Part shown: positions 13,311 to 27,939 of the stretch, piece by piece
How positions within the stretch are numbered: the stretch's first letter is position 1
Layout: the number at the start of each line of letters is the position of its first letter
Assembly (NCBI GenBank): GCA_034780895.1
Contig: JAUZTB010000062.1
Span: 16,592,366 to 16,656,365, forward strand
Length of the DNA stretch: 64,000 nt
Reading direction: 5' to 3'
Source of the DNA: Rhynchobatus australiae
Taxonomy: Eukaryota
Notes under the pieces: generated by a model
Databases searched by the model: none
The model's input: the letters and a program-made list of their open reading frames with translations, nothing else
What the model was told of the DNA's origin: nothing
Made by a program: the position numbers and the translations under genes

Positions 13311-14289
13311 TAAAAGATCATATAGTCTACACTTGTATGCACATGAATGTACTTCACCTTTNNNNNNNNNNAAACCCATGTCTGTTTATCAATGGATAAA
13401 TTGTCTGCTCTTCCTTGCTAGCTCCTTATCAACAAAACAAAGGTGAGGCTACCTTTCACAAGGCTGACTTGTTGATGTCAATCATAGTACTGCCCATTGT
13501 GTGATCAGGGAAGAAGAAAATTTTGTGGAAATTGTCTAAGATATAATAAAGACTCTTTCCCTCTCCCTCTCAGCAACTTAAAGACAATTATTCCTTATCA
13601 TCAGCAGCAACTGGATTAATGGAATAAAGTTAAAACCTCTGCATGTTGATGCTGGATGTTTTGAGATTTTGTGGAAACAACTACAAGCATTGTGTATATT
13701 TTCAGTTAGCTTTGGAGGCAGTAGCAATACTAAATCCAGATATAGTATGAAATAATTGAAATTATCCAGGTAGGTTTATAAATTTAAGAAAATCTCTTAA
13801 TTTGCATAAGTATATTACTGCTATTAATGTTGTGTTTTGCTGTTTTGGAATTTCATTTGTTCTTGCTACTGCCCAGGAACTTCTTAATTGCTGCCTCCAG
13901 GCCTTATCACAAAGCCTACCCCACACTTGATATTCTGTATCCTTTTCTCTCTGCTGTATTTGGGTTCACTTTGGAGTTTTCCATTTTTGGTGAAGCTATT
14001 CATGCAGGTTTTTTATAGTGCTTATGTTAAATGCAACTTGTAATAACATTTTATCAGCCCAGTTATAGGCATTATATACCATTGTTCCTGTACTTAATGA
14101 CCTGTTATATGTAATTGGATGATAAGTGTAGCTTTTTTGCTCAATGATAAATGAGGGAAGCAGGGCAGGATGATGATGGGGTGTCAGTGATCTGATGCAG
14201 AAGCTCGTGCGTGCTCACTCTCTTCCTTCCTCGTTTCAAATTTCCAGATTCTTCTCAGTTGCATCTATTTACACCTCTAAACAGATTCA

Positions 14290-14450
14290 CTGGCGTTAAC
14301 AAATCTTTTCTCCTGGTCTCCACCCCATAACGGACAATTTACTTTGTTGTTTTTGCCCTTTCCTCTGCCCTCCAACTTAACTATGCCTGCATTCTAAAAT
14401 GTCCATTCTAGTGAAAGATCTGTATGAAACATTAACTCTTTCAAATACCC
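14290..14450 (+). repeat. Old Penelope-derived terminal-repeat remnant
   Basis: Pyrimidine-rich tract followed by a decayed hammerhead-like segment TTCTAGTGAAAGATCTGTATGAAACATTAACTC. Confidence 0.4.
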
Positions 14451-16424
14451 CCTGCAGAAGGTTGTGTCTGACTGCATTAGTCTATCTGTTGCCTTGGATG
14501 AAGATCCCAATGTTTGAATGGCTTGCTGAAACTATTCAAATTCATTTTGTATATAGGTAGCAAGTCATTGGGAAAGATGTAGGAAGACATCTGAGGCTGC
14601 AGAACAGCTCATAAGACATTATAGAAAATATTTTTATCTTCAGGAAACAAAATTTTGTAGCAAAAGGACGAAAATTGCAAATTGCTTTTGCTTTCTGTTC
14701 TTGCATTGAGACAAAACAAATAAATGATGCCAGTAATTAACCTAAGCAGAGAAGCAACCGAAAGACCACTTTTGCCAACATAGTGCAGTTGTAAATGGCA
14801 TCTGCAGAATACCTGCATCTTCCGTCAGATATATTTGGAAGTGGTGGTTATGATCTGAACTTGTGCTTGGCATAAAGTTCAAATGATTCTAATCTACCTG
14901 ATCAAAAATGAGTAGGTGTTTAAATTTCCACAGTGCTTCACTGTGATCTCTTCAAGTGGAAAATGCTTCAAGAATGTTGATGCAACTCTCAAACCAAACA
15001 AAAAAAATTGAGACTGTAAGGTACGCTTGAATGAGGGTTTTTAAATGATTTAGCAAGTTACATGGCTCTTCATTTAGTTGGAGTTAAGGAACTGAAATGG
15101 GATCACATTCCACAACTTGATTTGTTTTTTGTTTACAAAAATTGAAACTCAATGGTCCTGCGTGATAGAGTAAAGCAGCTGTTCAAATGTAAGGGTAGTG
15201 AGACACCTGCTGTGACTTCAGCTAAAGTTTTCACAGTATTCCATCCAGTGATGGGAGCGAGAGGATATGGTGCAGGTCCACAGGGGGATCGGAACTAATA
15301 GCATTTTCTCTGCTGGAAGCCAGCATGGACCTGATAGGCCAAATAGCTTTCCACACCATAAGTATGAGTTCTATTATAGCAAAAAAAAAATCAAGTATTA
15401 TATTCAAGGAGAGAATCTATATTGTAAGAACACCAAGATGTGTTTCTGCAAACTATATGATGGACTCTGACCTGAGCACTGTGTATTCCTGGAGTCGACA
15501 TCGTGGATCTTTAAGCTTTCTGATGTCAGACTCAACAATGACTGTCTTCTTAAGATCAATCTTATGTTTGAATATGCTAGTGTTTTCCACTCCTGTTCCT
15601 GGCAATTTGCTTTGTGTGCAGGTTATCTTTCAATGTTTATGGCTTAATTACCATTAATTGAATTAATGTGATCAATTATTCAGCTTTTAGCACTTTTGAG
15701 AATAATTCTGTTTAGGATTGTACTGGTATGTGAGTATTCTTTTTGAATGAACACCTGCAGACATTATGGGCCAGCACAGACAGGATTGGGAAACTCTGGT
15801 TAATGAAAATGTAGAAGGCTACTTTCTACAGGATCCCTTAGTATAGACTAAGTTAAGAGAGCAGTGCCTGTAGCATAAACTATTCTTAAATCAACAACCC
15901 ATCAAAAAGGTGTTTGTAACTTATTTTAAGAATCACTGGTTGAAATAATGCAACATTTGGATAGATCTTGGCTTATAGCAGAACCATGGCAAGAATACAC
16001 TTATTAAGGGCTTTGCGTGTTCTAATGAAATGTGTTGTGCTGTATATACTTTCACAAGATTATTCAGAAGAGCTTGTTTAAAGCTACATGAATGAAATAA
16101 GAGGATTAGGCTAAAGGTATTTACTAGTTAATGGGAATCAGTGATAAAGTTTGGCGCTCTTCCATCACAAGTTGTAAAATGATACTTGGCTGAACTGCAG
16201 TAGAAGGCACTTGGCCAAAATACAATAAATAGAAGTTCTGACAAATACCTGGAAAAAGCGGTATCATTTAGAATGTAGCCACACACTCATCCCACCTCGA
16301 TGCTAGCACTTCCCTGATGTACCAGGAGTTATTGATGCAATTCATACAAAATTTTGAGGATAATCTATATCTGTGTGAGGCAAAACCAGAAAAAAATTAC
16401 TAAGTTTGAATTTTGTTCGTAGGA

Positions 16425-16588
16425 ATATTGGTTTATTATTGTCACTTGTACTGAGGTACAGTGAAAAACTTGTCTTGCATACTGTTCGTACAGGCCAATT
16501 CATTACACAGTGCAGTTATGTTGGGTTAGTACAGAGTGCATTGATGTAGTACAGGTAAAAACAATAACAGTAAAGTGTCACAGCTAGT
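16425..16588 (-). mobile_element. LINE 3' tail (Rex1/Babar-like), reverse orientation
   Basis: The minus strand reads ...TTTCACTGTACCTCAGTACAAGTGACAATAATAAACCAAT. A related tail lies on the + strand at 2793-2850, next to a gap. Confidence 0.5.
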
Positions 16589-18144
16589 TGCTGGAAGTGG
16601 GTACCGCAAGGGAAGATGCAAGTTGTTTATAGTAATATAGAACACCTGTGATGTACATAATGAAGATTAAATAATGATTTTGGTTTAGCCTGCTGAATAT
16701 TTTGGTGGTGGTTTGCTGTAATGTCATTGTCTAACCCTTATTTGTTACTTTTAACCTGCAAGCAGATCTTTACAAGCAGTAATTTATTTGTGGATATTTA
16801 TTTAATCCACTCAGATAATGAGCATCATTAGTAAAATTTAGAAAAGGGTACTTTTTAATGAACTTGACCATCTATTGTTATTTGTCAGTTCATTATTTGT
16901 TGATGGTTGACTGAAGCATGAAGTATATGAATGGACAAACCTTCACATTGTTTTCTCCCTTGGACTGATCTTTGAAGTCCCTGATGGGTAATTTGCCAGA
17001 AGCCAGCAAAGCTACAGTTTAGTTTAACTGAATTTGAATATGAATTTTAGTTGCTCTGGCTATAAGACTTTAAGAGGCAACTTTTATTGATGTTTTAGAC
17101 TATTGAAGTAATTCTGTGAATTATACTTATTGTGTTCCGTATGGCCAGAACATCACAGTGAGAAATTTTGAGTGTATGAAGGGTAAACAGAAATCAATGG
17201 ATCAGGAAGCAATTTTGTAAATTCAAGTAGATGAGCTAGCCCAGTCTGGTATACTTTCAGGGCAGTGTGACATGTAGAACATGTAGCAAGTTTATATTAT
17301 AATTTGTTGTTTGCATTTTTATACTGTCTGAATTCAAGTTTGTTTACTTACAACACGGAGGCTATTTGTATCCATGCCAGCTCCCAGCAGAGCAATCTTA
17401 TTCCCCCTCTTAGTCACCTGAAGCCCCACAACTTATTCTCTCTAGGAGGAAAATTGGAAATTTTCTACCTGCTTGATAACTACCAACATTTCAGTTCCAA
17501 TTTGTTCAAGAAATGTAGGAGTAGGTTAATAAATCTAGAGTATTCTATACCCTGAAAAATATCACCAGCACAAAAAAGGCATTGATGGGTCTGTGAGACA
17601 GATTTCCTAAAAAATAGGATGCTTGTGTAATGAAAGAAGGCAGTTTAAACAATGAGAAATAAAAGGATGATCCTGATAACTGTGGGTGGCCTTGTGTATT
17701 TTAAAGTTCTGTACATGGGGAAAACTCTAATTGACAGTGTAATAAGCCAAAGAGTTGACTTTTTAATGTGATTGCTGAAACGTTGCCCACTCAGTTCCAC
17801 GACTTGAGAGAATCACTTATATTAAGAACGTGCAACTGTTATTAAATGATTTAAGCATTCAAAATACTACTTTCATGCAGTATCTATACAGGTTGTTGGC
17901 TTATTGCTAATGCAGAATGTAATAAAATGCAATTTAAAATGGAGAACAAATAGCGAGGGGGGTGGAAATTCATCCTATTGGTAGAATGGAGCACCAGATT
18001 TAGTGTAGGGTCTTTAAAAAGGTTCAAATTCCACTTTATTTTGAAATTTTTATCACTGAAAAATCTTTACTCAAATTACTCGATTTATTAACCAACTTGT
18101 GGACTCTTTTTTTAGGTAGGTTATTCCTGTAGTTCTTAGTGACA

Positions 18145-18470
18145 TATGAGACTGCCAATCAACCCATCAGGTTCATGTTGGCTCCCAGATGAGCAAGTAA
18201 GTTAGTCCCATTCCCCCTGTATTTCTGATTCTGTGCAACTTGCTCTTTCTTGAATATACCCGTTAGCTCTGATTTATTTTTGCCATGAACCTATGCTAAT
18301 GGTAGCTAATTAACCCATATGAACATCTTTGGAATGTGGGAGGAAACTGGAACACACAGGAAACTTAAGTATCACAGAAAGACATACAACTCTGCACAGA
18401 CAGCACCCAAGGTTCGGATTGCACCTGGAAGCCTGGACTTGAGGTAGCAGCACTAACTGTTTCATAACCA
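18145..18470 (-). mobile_element. V-SINE (HE1-like), reverse orientation
   Basis: TCTTTGGAATGTGGGAGGAAACTGGA...CACAGACAGCACC is the reverse-complement of the V-domain. Confidence 0.7.
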
Positions 18471-20019
18471 TTGAAAGTATTTAACAAAATAGCCAGGGCA
18501 AAATATACCTTAATTCAACAAGTCTTACTGATGTTGACAAGCTTGATAGCTAATTATTTCAGTCATATCTATAGAGTGGGTGCCTGGACAATGGAGTCTG
18601 ATTGCAAATCTAAAGGTCAAAAATCCTTCAATTTACCTACATTTTAAAATCAATTTACAAGAGAGGGAGAAGTGTTAATTATCACTGAAAAGATCTTTTA
18701 AGATACTGGTATCTTTCTAAATTAAAAAGATTAATTAACTGTTAACAAGTTAATGAGTAAAAGTCGAATTTTACTATTAACAGAGTACCTTTCTTAGACA
18801 TTACTACATTGAGTTTTCAAAATTGGCTGCAGATTTGGACAAATCCTGAACTTTGACTCTGTGTTGGCATCAAGAATAATCCTTTTGCCAGTGCTTTCAT
18901 GTGTAAACTTGCAGATTTAGGATATAACTGAGGTCTAGGTTTGGATAGATATATAATCCTANNNNNNNNNNNNNNNNNNNNNNNNNNNNNNNNNNNNNNN
19001 NNNNNNNNNNNNNNNNNNNNNNNNNNNNNNNNNNNNNNNNNNNNNNNNNNNNNNNNNNNNNNNNNNNNNNNNNNNNNNNNNNNNNNNNNNNNNNNNNNNN
19101 NNNNNNNNNNNNNNNNNNNNNNNNNNNNNNNNNNNNNNNNNNNNNNNNNNNNNNNNNNNNNNNNNNNNNNNNNNNNNNNNNNNNNNNNNNNNNNNNNNNN
19201 NNNNNNNNNNNNNNNNNNNNNNNNNNNNNNNNNNNNNNNNNNNNNNNNNNNNNNNNNNNNNNNNNNNNNNNNNNNNNNNNNNATTTATGAGATCTGCAGA
19301 TAAAACGGTAAGCAATACTAGAGTAATCTTCTAGCTGTGTGAGTAAGATGCTGCTCCAGAAATTTGCTTAGCCTGTAAGAATTTGTTTATTGTAATGCCA
19401 GGAGAAAGCAGGTTTTATAGTCCAACACACTCGGCTTGTAAAACCAGACACCACTCATAAAGTCTTAAGTGCCATACTATTTTGCCAACATTATACAAAA
19501 CAACCTCCAGGGTGATTGCTAGATTACAGTAATAATTATGTATTCCAACTTAGATTGTTTCTTATGAGATGAATATAGCTCCTTGATGATCATTTAACTC
19601 TAAGAATATGTTAACTTGCATCCTCTTGCTCCCTTTAATTCTATATCCTGCTGCGGAAATGGCTAGCTTGAGAGAAGCTTGTGTGGTCACAATGCAGTTT
19701 ACACATTTGTAAAATATTTTAAAGCAATGTTTAATATCCTTACATAACAATAATGCTTTTGAAGTGCCTTTAGCAATTTTCTTTGAAATAAAAGTCTACT
19801 TACAACCTAAAATTTAAATTAAGGTTATTAAACATTACTGGCATTTTCCACATTAACGTTGTACAGTATTTAGAGCTAAGGGTTTGTCTTGTTTCTTGTG
19901 GGTTACAAATTTCACTGTTAACCTGCTCATTGGATCACTTGGCTTCAAACCTCCAAGCGTGGACTAAAGACCATTGTTCCGAAGGTGAGCTGAGTTTGGC
20001 TGCCCATAACATTTAACAC

Positions 20020-20560
20020 AATGTTGCAGCAAGGAGGCCTGGTAAACCTGAACTCACTAGGTATCAAATGGCTGGAATCCTACTGCACACAAGGGAAAAT
20101 GGTTGTTGTCGGTGGTGAATATTCATCTCAGGAGTACCTTTGCTCAGTGTGCTGAGTCCAACAATGTTTAGTTATTACATCTATGATCTTCCTTCTATCA
20201 TAAAGTATAATATGGAAATGCTCAATGATTATGTAGTATTGGGTTTCATTTGAAATACTGAGGAAAATGATGCTGCCGAGACCTGGACATCATTCAGACA
20301 AGGACATGTTGGCAAGTAACATTTCTGCACACAAGTACCAGAGATCTCTACCACGAACAAGCCCAATACCTGTTCCTTCTCAATGAGGTTACTATTACTG
20401 ATTTCCCCCACTTTCAGCTTGAGGAACCTGCCACATGCAATGGCTGTAGGAGTAGGTTAGAGTCTCGGTATCCTGCAGTAAGTGAAACAACCCTTGTCTC
20501 ACTCAGGAGGCATGAGTGTTCTCCAGTCATGCCTAAGAAACCCAATACCAAGATACTTAG
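20020..20560 (+). mobile_element. Old CR1/L2-group LINE reverse transcriptase fragment
   Basis: Decayed, frameshifted WLESY..QxKMVVVGG..GVP..SVLSPT.F..YIYDLPSII RT motifs. Confidence 0.6.
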
Positions 20561-23500
20561 ACCAGTAAACCTAGACTTGCAACTGTTGCCATCACAATAA
20601 TTGCCATCACAAGATAATTTATTGTGGTTGTTCTCCTAATTGACATCTATAGACTGAACCTTGAGATGAGAGCTATAAAAGCAGAGACTACAGGACAGAT
20701 GTGGTGTGCAGGACATAAGCCTATGAAAATTCACAAGGAAAGCAAGCCAATATACTTTAATATCATTTAAATGTGAACTAATACCTGTTCAGGAAAAGGT
20801 GAAAAACTGCACACGGTAAAAGTAAACTTTATTTCCCCAACATTTAGAAGATTATACATTTTATGTGAATTTCATTTGTCATTGATTTTTATTCCTTTTG
20901 TATATGCTACTGCTTTAAGCTTTTATAGAGAAAGCATTTTTTCCTTGGTTGTTTCTGAAAATTTGCTTGAAAGCATCAATTCATTTTTCTGATTTTGCAA
21001 GTTGATTTTTTTGTAATTTTTTTCAAAACTTGTTGTGAATATTTACATTCAATTACATCACGCCCAACATCATTATCACTGGGTTCATTGTCAGGATTTA
21101 AATCACGTAGACCCAATACATGCCAATTTTATGAGAGAAAAACTTGTTTGAAGTTTACTTTCGAATTTGTAGGTATGCCAGGACAAAATGCTATTTGTGC
21201 ATGTTCAATATGTGCCTATTGAATTTCCACTTCTTTAACTATTTATCTTATTTACTGACCAGCTGTGCTCTGTTTTCAAATGTCTTAGGATCCAGGACAT
21301 GTTTTAAAGGTAGACAACTATTCAGAAAAATAACAGGTGGTACAGAGTAAACAAAATATGCACAATCCTTCATTGAAATTAATTTTAGAGGTGCAACCAC
21401 AAATTTCCATCATGAGGCTCAAAGGAACTTAATCAGTTTTGAAAATTCTTTCATTATGAATAATTCCTCTATACTGTTCTTGTTGGGACCTATCTCTTTT
21501 GTCCTAAATTGTAGCTAAAACAAACTGCCTGCTTTTACCAGTCATTTCATAGTTGCTAAGTAGAAATGTTTGCATGCCTTGGTGTTGGCATCTTTTATTT
21601 CTGTTAGCTTTGAATTTTGTCATTGTGTTATTACCTTTGTAGTTAATATTTAAGGAAACAATGTATTTTGTGATTCTTCCTGGAAATTTAATTGGCATGT
21701 CAAATATGAAAACTACAGATGTGAAAACACCAGCTGGACTGTGCAGCCTTCCCAGTGAAGTTGTGAATCTTAATGCAGCATGTCTAAAAAGAGGAGCAAA
21801 AAAAAGTCCGAAGCCAATTAACAGGACAAAAACTGTAAAACTTTCTTTAGATAGTTGAATCTAATCCATGAAAGCATGTTGATCATGTTAAGTNNNNNNN
21901 NNNTAACAGTGTTTTGCTTGGGTTGAAGATTACATTGCATTCAACAGTGCAAGTTCTCTTAGAGATATAAACCTCAATTTGTGCCATAGGATTATGGTTA
22001 TCTATGAGTACAGTCTAATTTCTGACATGTTTCCTCCCTTGTGTACTATGCCCCTGATCCTTCAACCTGTCTCACTGAAGCTGTTTGTTAACTTGTAGGC
22101 CATTTTGTTTCCTAATTATTTTAGACTCAATCAAATCACTTCTGAATTGATGCTCTTGTAAAGTATATAGGCCCATTTTATATCAATGCAACTCTTTACA
22201 ATTTACTGAGTGGCTACATTAGGATTAAGCTAAGGTCCTTTAAATGGGAAATTATAGCAGCTCTACTAGCATTTTTGCAAAGAAACAGTGTTATCACCAG
22301 ATGAGGTTTTTGGAATCTTTATGACCACTTGTTTAATTATTCCACTGTTGTAGATTTTCTTGCATCTTTGAGTATATTTATGGGCTTATATTCTTGCAAT
22401 GCAACAGTCAAGTATTTGCCAGGTTACAAGCTTGAGTGACGTGCAACATTAGAAATATAATTCTGTGTAAAGCATACTTTCTCCACTTGTATTGCACTCA
22501 ATGAGAAAGTGTGGGAGTGGAAAGTGAGGGATGTATAGCAAGCATTCCAGTTACTTGGTTTAGTCCAGCTTGATTGGAATTTATTGCTTTTCCATTTCAC
22601 CTTCATTGCCTGCATATCTTGTTTTCACTCCTGTTGGGTTTTTAAATACATACTTATTAATGTCCTACGAGTTTGAAACCCAGCAATAAGACTTGCCAGT
22701 TAACCTCATGTTACGTTGATGAGGCTATCGATAATTTTATTTAAATCGAATTCTGCTCTTGTGATTTCTGATTGTATATAAAGATATCTTCCAAATACTT
22801 TCTCCAGCACGTTCAACTAATTTACACATTTGGTAGAATATCGTCTATAAGGGTGTCTTTCAGTTTTTGTTTGTTTTGAATGCACATGAATTAGGTACAG
22901 ATCATTGGATAATCAGATCATCTGAATAATGTTTAACAGAATTCTGTGGAATCAGCTAGATTTAGTAGCCATTTAGAAAAACAAATTGCCACCTGGGTTT
23001 CATTGTAACAAAATCATTATAATTGGACCCTGCTTACCCTTTCACTACCAAAAATACATCCTGATTTGAACAGGCTATACTCCAGAATGCAAAAGAGTTT
23101 TTTTATTTATGGACAACTTGTAAGTGGGAATAAACTTCCTGCAGCGTTTCCTTTTGTGCATTTGTGCCTATTTTGATCTATTTTGCTTCCAAGTCAGGCA
23201 TTTGCACTGTTTTGGTAAGAATCGTAGTTGTATAGTATTGCAGTTCTCAGCTCTTCAGAGTAGCAGCAAAACTAATAACTTGTAGCATGAAGGGTCTTTG
23301 TCAGCTGACATACCGTTCCAATTAGGTTGATAAGATGTGGGCTGTTGGCTCTTCTGTATCATTAAGATGCAGGAGTACAAAGCTTAAGCGTCACTTGCAG
23401 GTGGAACGCTTCCCTGCAGTGTGGTGCTTGCTTCTATCAGATTATCTGAGCTTGGGTAATGGGTGACCTGGAACATGAGCTCTTCACTGCCAGTCGGGAG

Positions 23501-24072
23501 TCAAATGCTGAACCACTTGACCTATCAGGCAACTCTTAATACTTTAATTTAAAGCATGTTGTAAAGCAGATTAAACAGCTCTTCATTATTTTTGTGGTCC
23601 ATTCATACTCCACATACTCAGTAAATTGTAAACAATATTACAAACCTTGCTGCTACTAAATAACTGATGTATGTAAGCTCTTTGGCTGAGTATAGGATAT
23701 GGGTTCAACTGATCCGAAGCTTAATTCGGGGGCAGAATCTACCTACGTGTGGCCTGTTATTAACTTTGATGCTAATGGAGTCTGACTAGTGGTTTATATT
23801 GACGCCTAAATACCTTGAAAGGACACAGCTAGGAGATTCAAGATTCTGGGAAGGATAAATTTGAACTTGCTGACAAAAACCAACTAGGAGGTTTTCTGTG
23901 GTGCAAGAAAAATTCCATATATGTCTGTATCACTTGAGAAAAGTCCCGTGAGTTTCTACAGCCATACAAATGAAGTTAATCTGTGGTCTAGGGAAGGGTA
24001 AAATGGTTTCAGTGAGACTATCTTTGGGAAGTTTGCCATATATGTAGATTTAAGATGTTAGAGGAATATATA

Positions 24073-24405
24073 GGGGCGGCACAGAGGCGTGGTTGGGATT
24101 GAACTGGTGACCCAGGTTTGATCCCGACCTCCGGTGCNNNNNNNNNNGTGGGGTTTGCACGTCTCCCTTTGGCTGTGTGGGTTTCTCCCAGGTGCTCCGG
24201 TTTCCTCCCACATCCCAAAGGCATGCGGGTCAGTGGGTTAATTGGCTGCTGTAAATTGCATGTGCAGGTGAGTGATAAAATTTGCAGGAAGTTGATGGAA
24301 ATGTGGGGAGAATAAAATGGGTTCGGGTGTGATTAGTGTAAAAATGGGTGTTTGGTAGTTGTGGACCGAAGGGCCTGTTTCTGTGCTGTATGGCTCTGTG
24401 ACTCT
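24073..24405 (+). mobile_element. V-SINE (HE1-like), near full length
   Basis: GGGGCGGCACAG head, GGTTTGATCCCGACCTCCGGTGC, V-domain and the tail GGACCGAAGGGCCTGTTTCTGTGCTGTATGGCTCTGTGACTCT. Confidence 0.85.
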
Positions 24406-27129
24406 TCCTTCTGGGGAATTAAAGGAATGTGATTAAAGCAGCCTGTTAAAGATACATTCTGGAAGACATGGATACACTGGCAATATGGAACCATAATGGG
24501 AGCATTGGAATATTTGAGTTGGAGGCAGCCCCATGCTATGTGTTTTCTTCAAGATTAGATTATTAAAATCAAACTTTAATTTTGTAGCATATAAGAGCAG
24601 CTTATCTGTTCTTGGAAACCCTTTTGTCCATAGATGTGCTATGAGGCTGCACCTCTTCAGCTATGCACCACAGTGAAGGATTTTCCTGGTTCTAATAAGC
24701 CTGTTTTGTAATGCACAAAGGACTCTGGTTTTGTGTAGATTCCTGCCCTTTTTCAGTGTGGGGGCCTCGTTAGAATGCGCATGAAAGCCCTATATGTCAT
24801 TCTGAATGTACGTCACTGATGAAAAGGCCAAAGGTTGACTGGTCAGGAAGTTCCTCTTTGTGTGTGGCTAAGATTTAGAACAGTGTGTGGTTCATACTGT
24901 TTTAAGCTTTGCACATATTGAAGTTCCCTGAAATCTGTCCATGTTAATTCGCTTGAAGACTCGGCATTTTAATTCCTGTTCTGTTAACATTTAACCCTTT
25001 GTTTACTATATTCTTAAAATCTTTCTGGAAAAAAATGTTTTAAAGTAGCATACAATTTCCTTTTACTTCACTAATAAACATGGCAAGAAACAATGGCATC
25101 ATTAATAGTATAATCCTTATTACCTTTCACAATGAAGCTGTGATGTGCTATAGTACTACANNNNNNNNNNNNNNNNNNNNNNNNNNNNNNNNNNNNNNNN
25201 NNNNNNNNNNNNNNNNNNNNNNNNNNNNNNNNNNNNNNNNNNNNNNNNNNNNNNNNNNNNNNNNNNNNNNNNNNNNNNNNNNNNNNNNNNNNNNNNNNNN
25301 NNNNNNNNNNNNNNNNNNNNNNNNNNNNNNNNNNNNNNNNNNNNNNNNNNNNNNNNNNNNNNNNNNNNNNNNNNNNNNNNNNNNNNNNNNNNNNNNNNNN
25401 NNNNNNNNNNNNNNNNNNNNNNNNNNNNNNNNNNNNNNNNNNNNNNNNNNNNNNNNNNNNNNNNNNNNNNNNNNNNNNNNNNNNNNNNNNNNNNNNNNNN
25501 NNNNNNNNNNNNNNNNNNNNNNNNNNNNNNNNNNNNNNNNNNNNNNNNNNNNNNNNNNNNNNNNNNNNNNNNNNNNNNNNNNNNNNNNNNNNNNNNNNNN
25601 ACTTGAGTGTTTTATATCAGTTGATTGTTCATTTGCAGAACTGAGGGAGTGCCTCATTGTTCAGAGATCTTGTCTGAAATCCTAAACTGAGGCCCACTTT
25701 TTTTTTACATTGGGGGGGGGGCAGAATTGGATAAATAATATAAATGAAAACAATTGCAGGGGAAAAGGGAATGAGCCTGATTTTGGAACTAACTTGATAC
25801 CATGTGCCAATTGGCTGCCTTCTGTGCTGTCAAATTCTGAGTTTCCTGTTCCCAGATCTCCAGCAGGGATATGAGGGCAAAATACATGCACTGGTCCAGC
25901 TGATGCACTTTGCTTTTGGGGAATATTTTATATATTCCATGGTTACATTGGGAACTGAAATGCATACACGATTCCTGGTACATTAAGCAAACACTATTTT
26001 TGTAAAAAGAAAAATTGAAGATGCTGCAACCTGACCATCAAAGTTTTCAAGTTATTGAACTATCAGAAGAGTTTGGCAGCAACAACAATTCCCAAAGGAA
26101 GCAATGGAGAAAAAAAGATGGAAGATTGGAAAATACTATATAAAAATGGAATGTAGAGAATTTTTTGTAATGTAATTGAAATTCCCTTGGAAGAAATGCT
26201 GTCTTAAAAATGCTTATTACTGTATAGTACTCTGTTACATCAGAGCTTCATTGTTACAACAGGATGCCTGTTAGTGTGCTAACTGCTACCACAAAAATAA
26301 AGAATTGATTTATAAGAAAGTGGTTGGCACTTTTATTACACCACAATAGACTGAGCAGCTGGCCTGAAGTAAGATTTTTAAAAAATCAACTTGCTACCAA
26401 ATTAATCCTCCTAGTTACACAAAGTAAACTCTTGTAGCTCTTTAGAGGCTGTACAAAACTTTGCAAGCTAAATAAATTGCATATCATTGAGGGTTTGTTC
26501 AGATGAAATCGGGCTCTTTGTACACTACTATTTTATTCTAGCTCTTAACATGAAGGCTATAAATATGTTGAGTCATTAGTAGCTGAACTGAGTGCACTTA
26601 TAGGCTAGGAGCTTGGCCTCCAAAGGCATGCAAGCACCATCTGTTTACTACAGCTTGTCTACTGAGGTTAGGTTGATCATGGTTCTGGGGTGTAGGCACT
26701 GTAAGTTGAACAGTTTCCCATTATTTCTGAAAATTAACAGCACTCCAAAGGGGTGTTTATTGGACATGAAATACAACATTGCTGCAAGAAAAATTTGGGA
26801 GAAGTGTCAAGGCACTAATATAGTCTCTCTTGACAGTTTTCACTGGATTGTCTCTGTTGTAGACCCAATGGTTAGAACCATGCATGCTATTAGAAAGCAA
26901 ACAAAATGATGATGAATTTCTGTGGACAGCAAATTTGAGGATATTCCAGAGTCACTTGCATTTGATGGAATCAAAGGTTTTGGTGAATTTGTATAATAAT
27001 GGTAATCCCTGTATTTTTAAAATATTATCACCCACTGAAGATCACATCCACTGTGTCTGTATAAATGAAATCCACATGGAGATTCAGGGACTATCATTGC
27101 TTTATTCACTGAAATGTAAGAGAAGATAG

Positions 27130-27525
27130 GCATAGCACTCAATATCCACAAGACAGGTTCTCCACCAAAGTTCCTGCCCTTACTGCACAACACTTTCCTC
27201 CAATAATTAAGGTTCAGGGCAAGACCATGGAAAGCATGAATCGCTTCTATTCTCTGGAGAGCCTCCTTTCCGTGATGAAGGTGGTAACAAACTTCAGTGA
27301 GGCAGCAAAGTGTTTGGTAGACAGAGGAAAAAGGGTTTGAAATTCATGGTATCAGACCTTGCACAAAACCTGTGGCTGTCTGGGTTGTGGTGATCCCTGT
27401 CCTTTGTGCCTCCTGAGACCTGTACTATGCAGCAGCACCTAACGTCATTGTATAGATTTCATCAGTTCTGTCTCCACAAAGTCCTTCAAATTCACCAGAA
27501 GGATAAGTGAGACAAATGTCTCCAG
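27130..27525 (+). mobile_element. RTE-clade LINE RT C-terminal fragment
   Basis: Decayed PPIIKVQG...FGR.RK.V...TKPV..VVIP...ET.T...RFHQFCLHKVLQI motifs. Confidence 0.65.
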
Positions 27526-27939
27526 CATTGAACCCCTAATTGAATTCATTTGGTTCTGTTGAGCGGGCTATTATTTTCCAAGTTCTGTTTTGGGTTGAGG
27601 TTGGCAGAGGAAATGATCAAGCATGTACTCAAAGACCCTATGGGTGGGGTGAAAATCAGAATCCTTCGCTGACTTGGGAATTCCTGGCTTATAACCAAAA
27701 GTGAAGAAGGAATATTGGGATATTTTTGAGAACCTGGGTAATGCATCAGGACTGCACAAATACCCTGTGGTTATGGCACAAGGAGCACACATCCTCACAA
27801 ATGAATCACTGCTTGCCCTGTCAGCACCTCCTGTCTAATCTGTGGATCCCATATTAGTCTAATCAGGAATCACAACACCAGAATGGAAGTAAGTCATCCA
27901 CAAATCCAGCTAACTACCCAGGAAGAACCCCACGCTGTG

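Noticed and set aside
13553-13640. Strong-looking splice acceptor CTCTTTCCCTCTCCCTCTCAG
   Set aside because: The downstream sequence has no SLC38A10 homology, and I found no clear donor.
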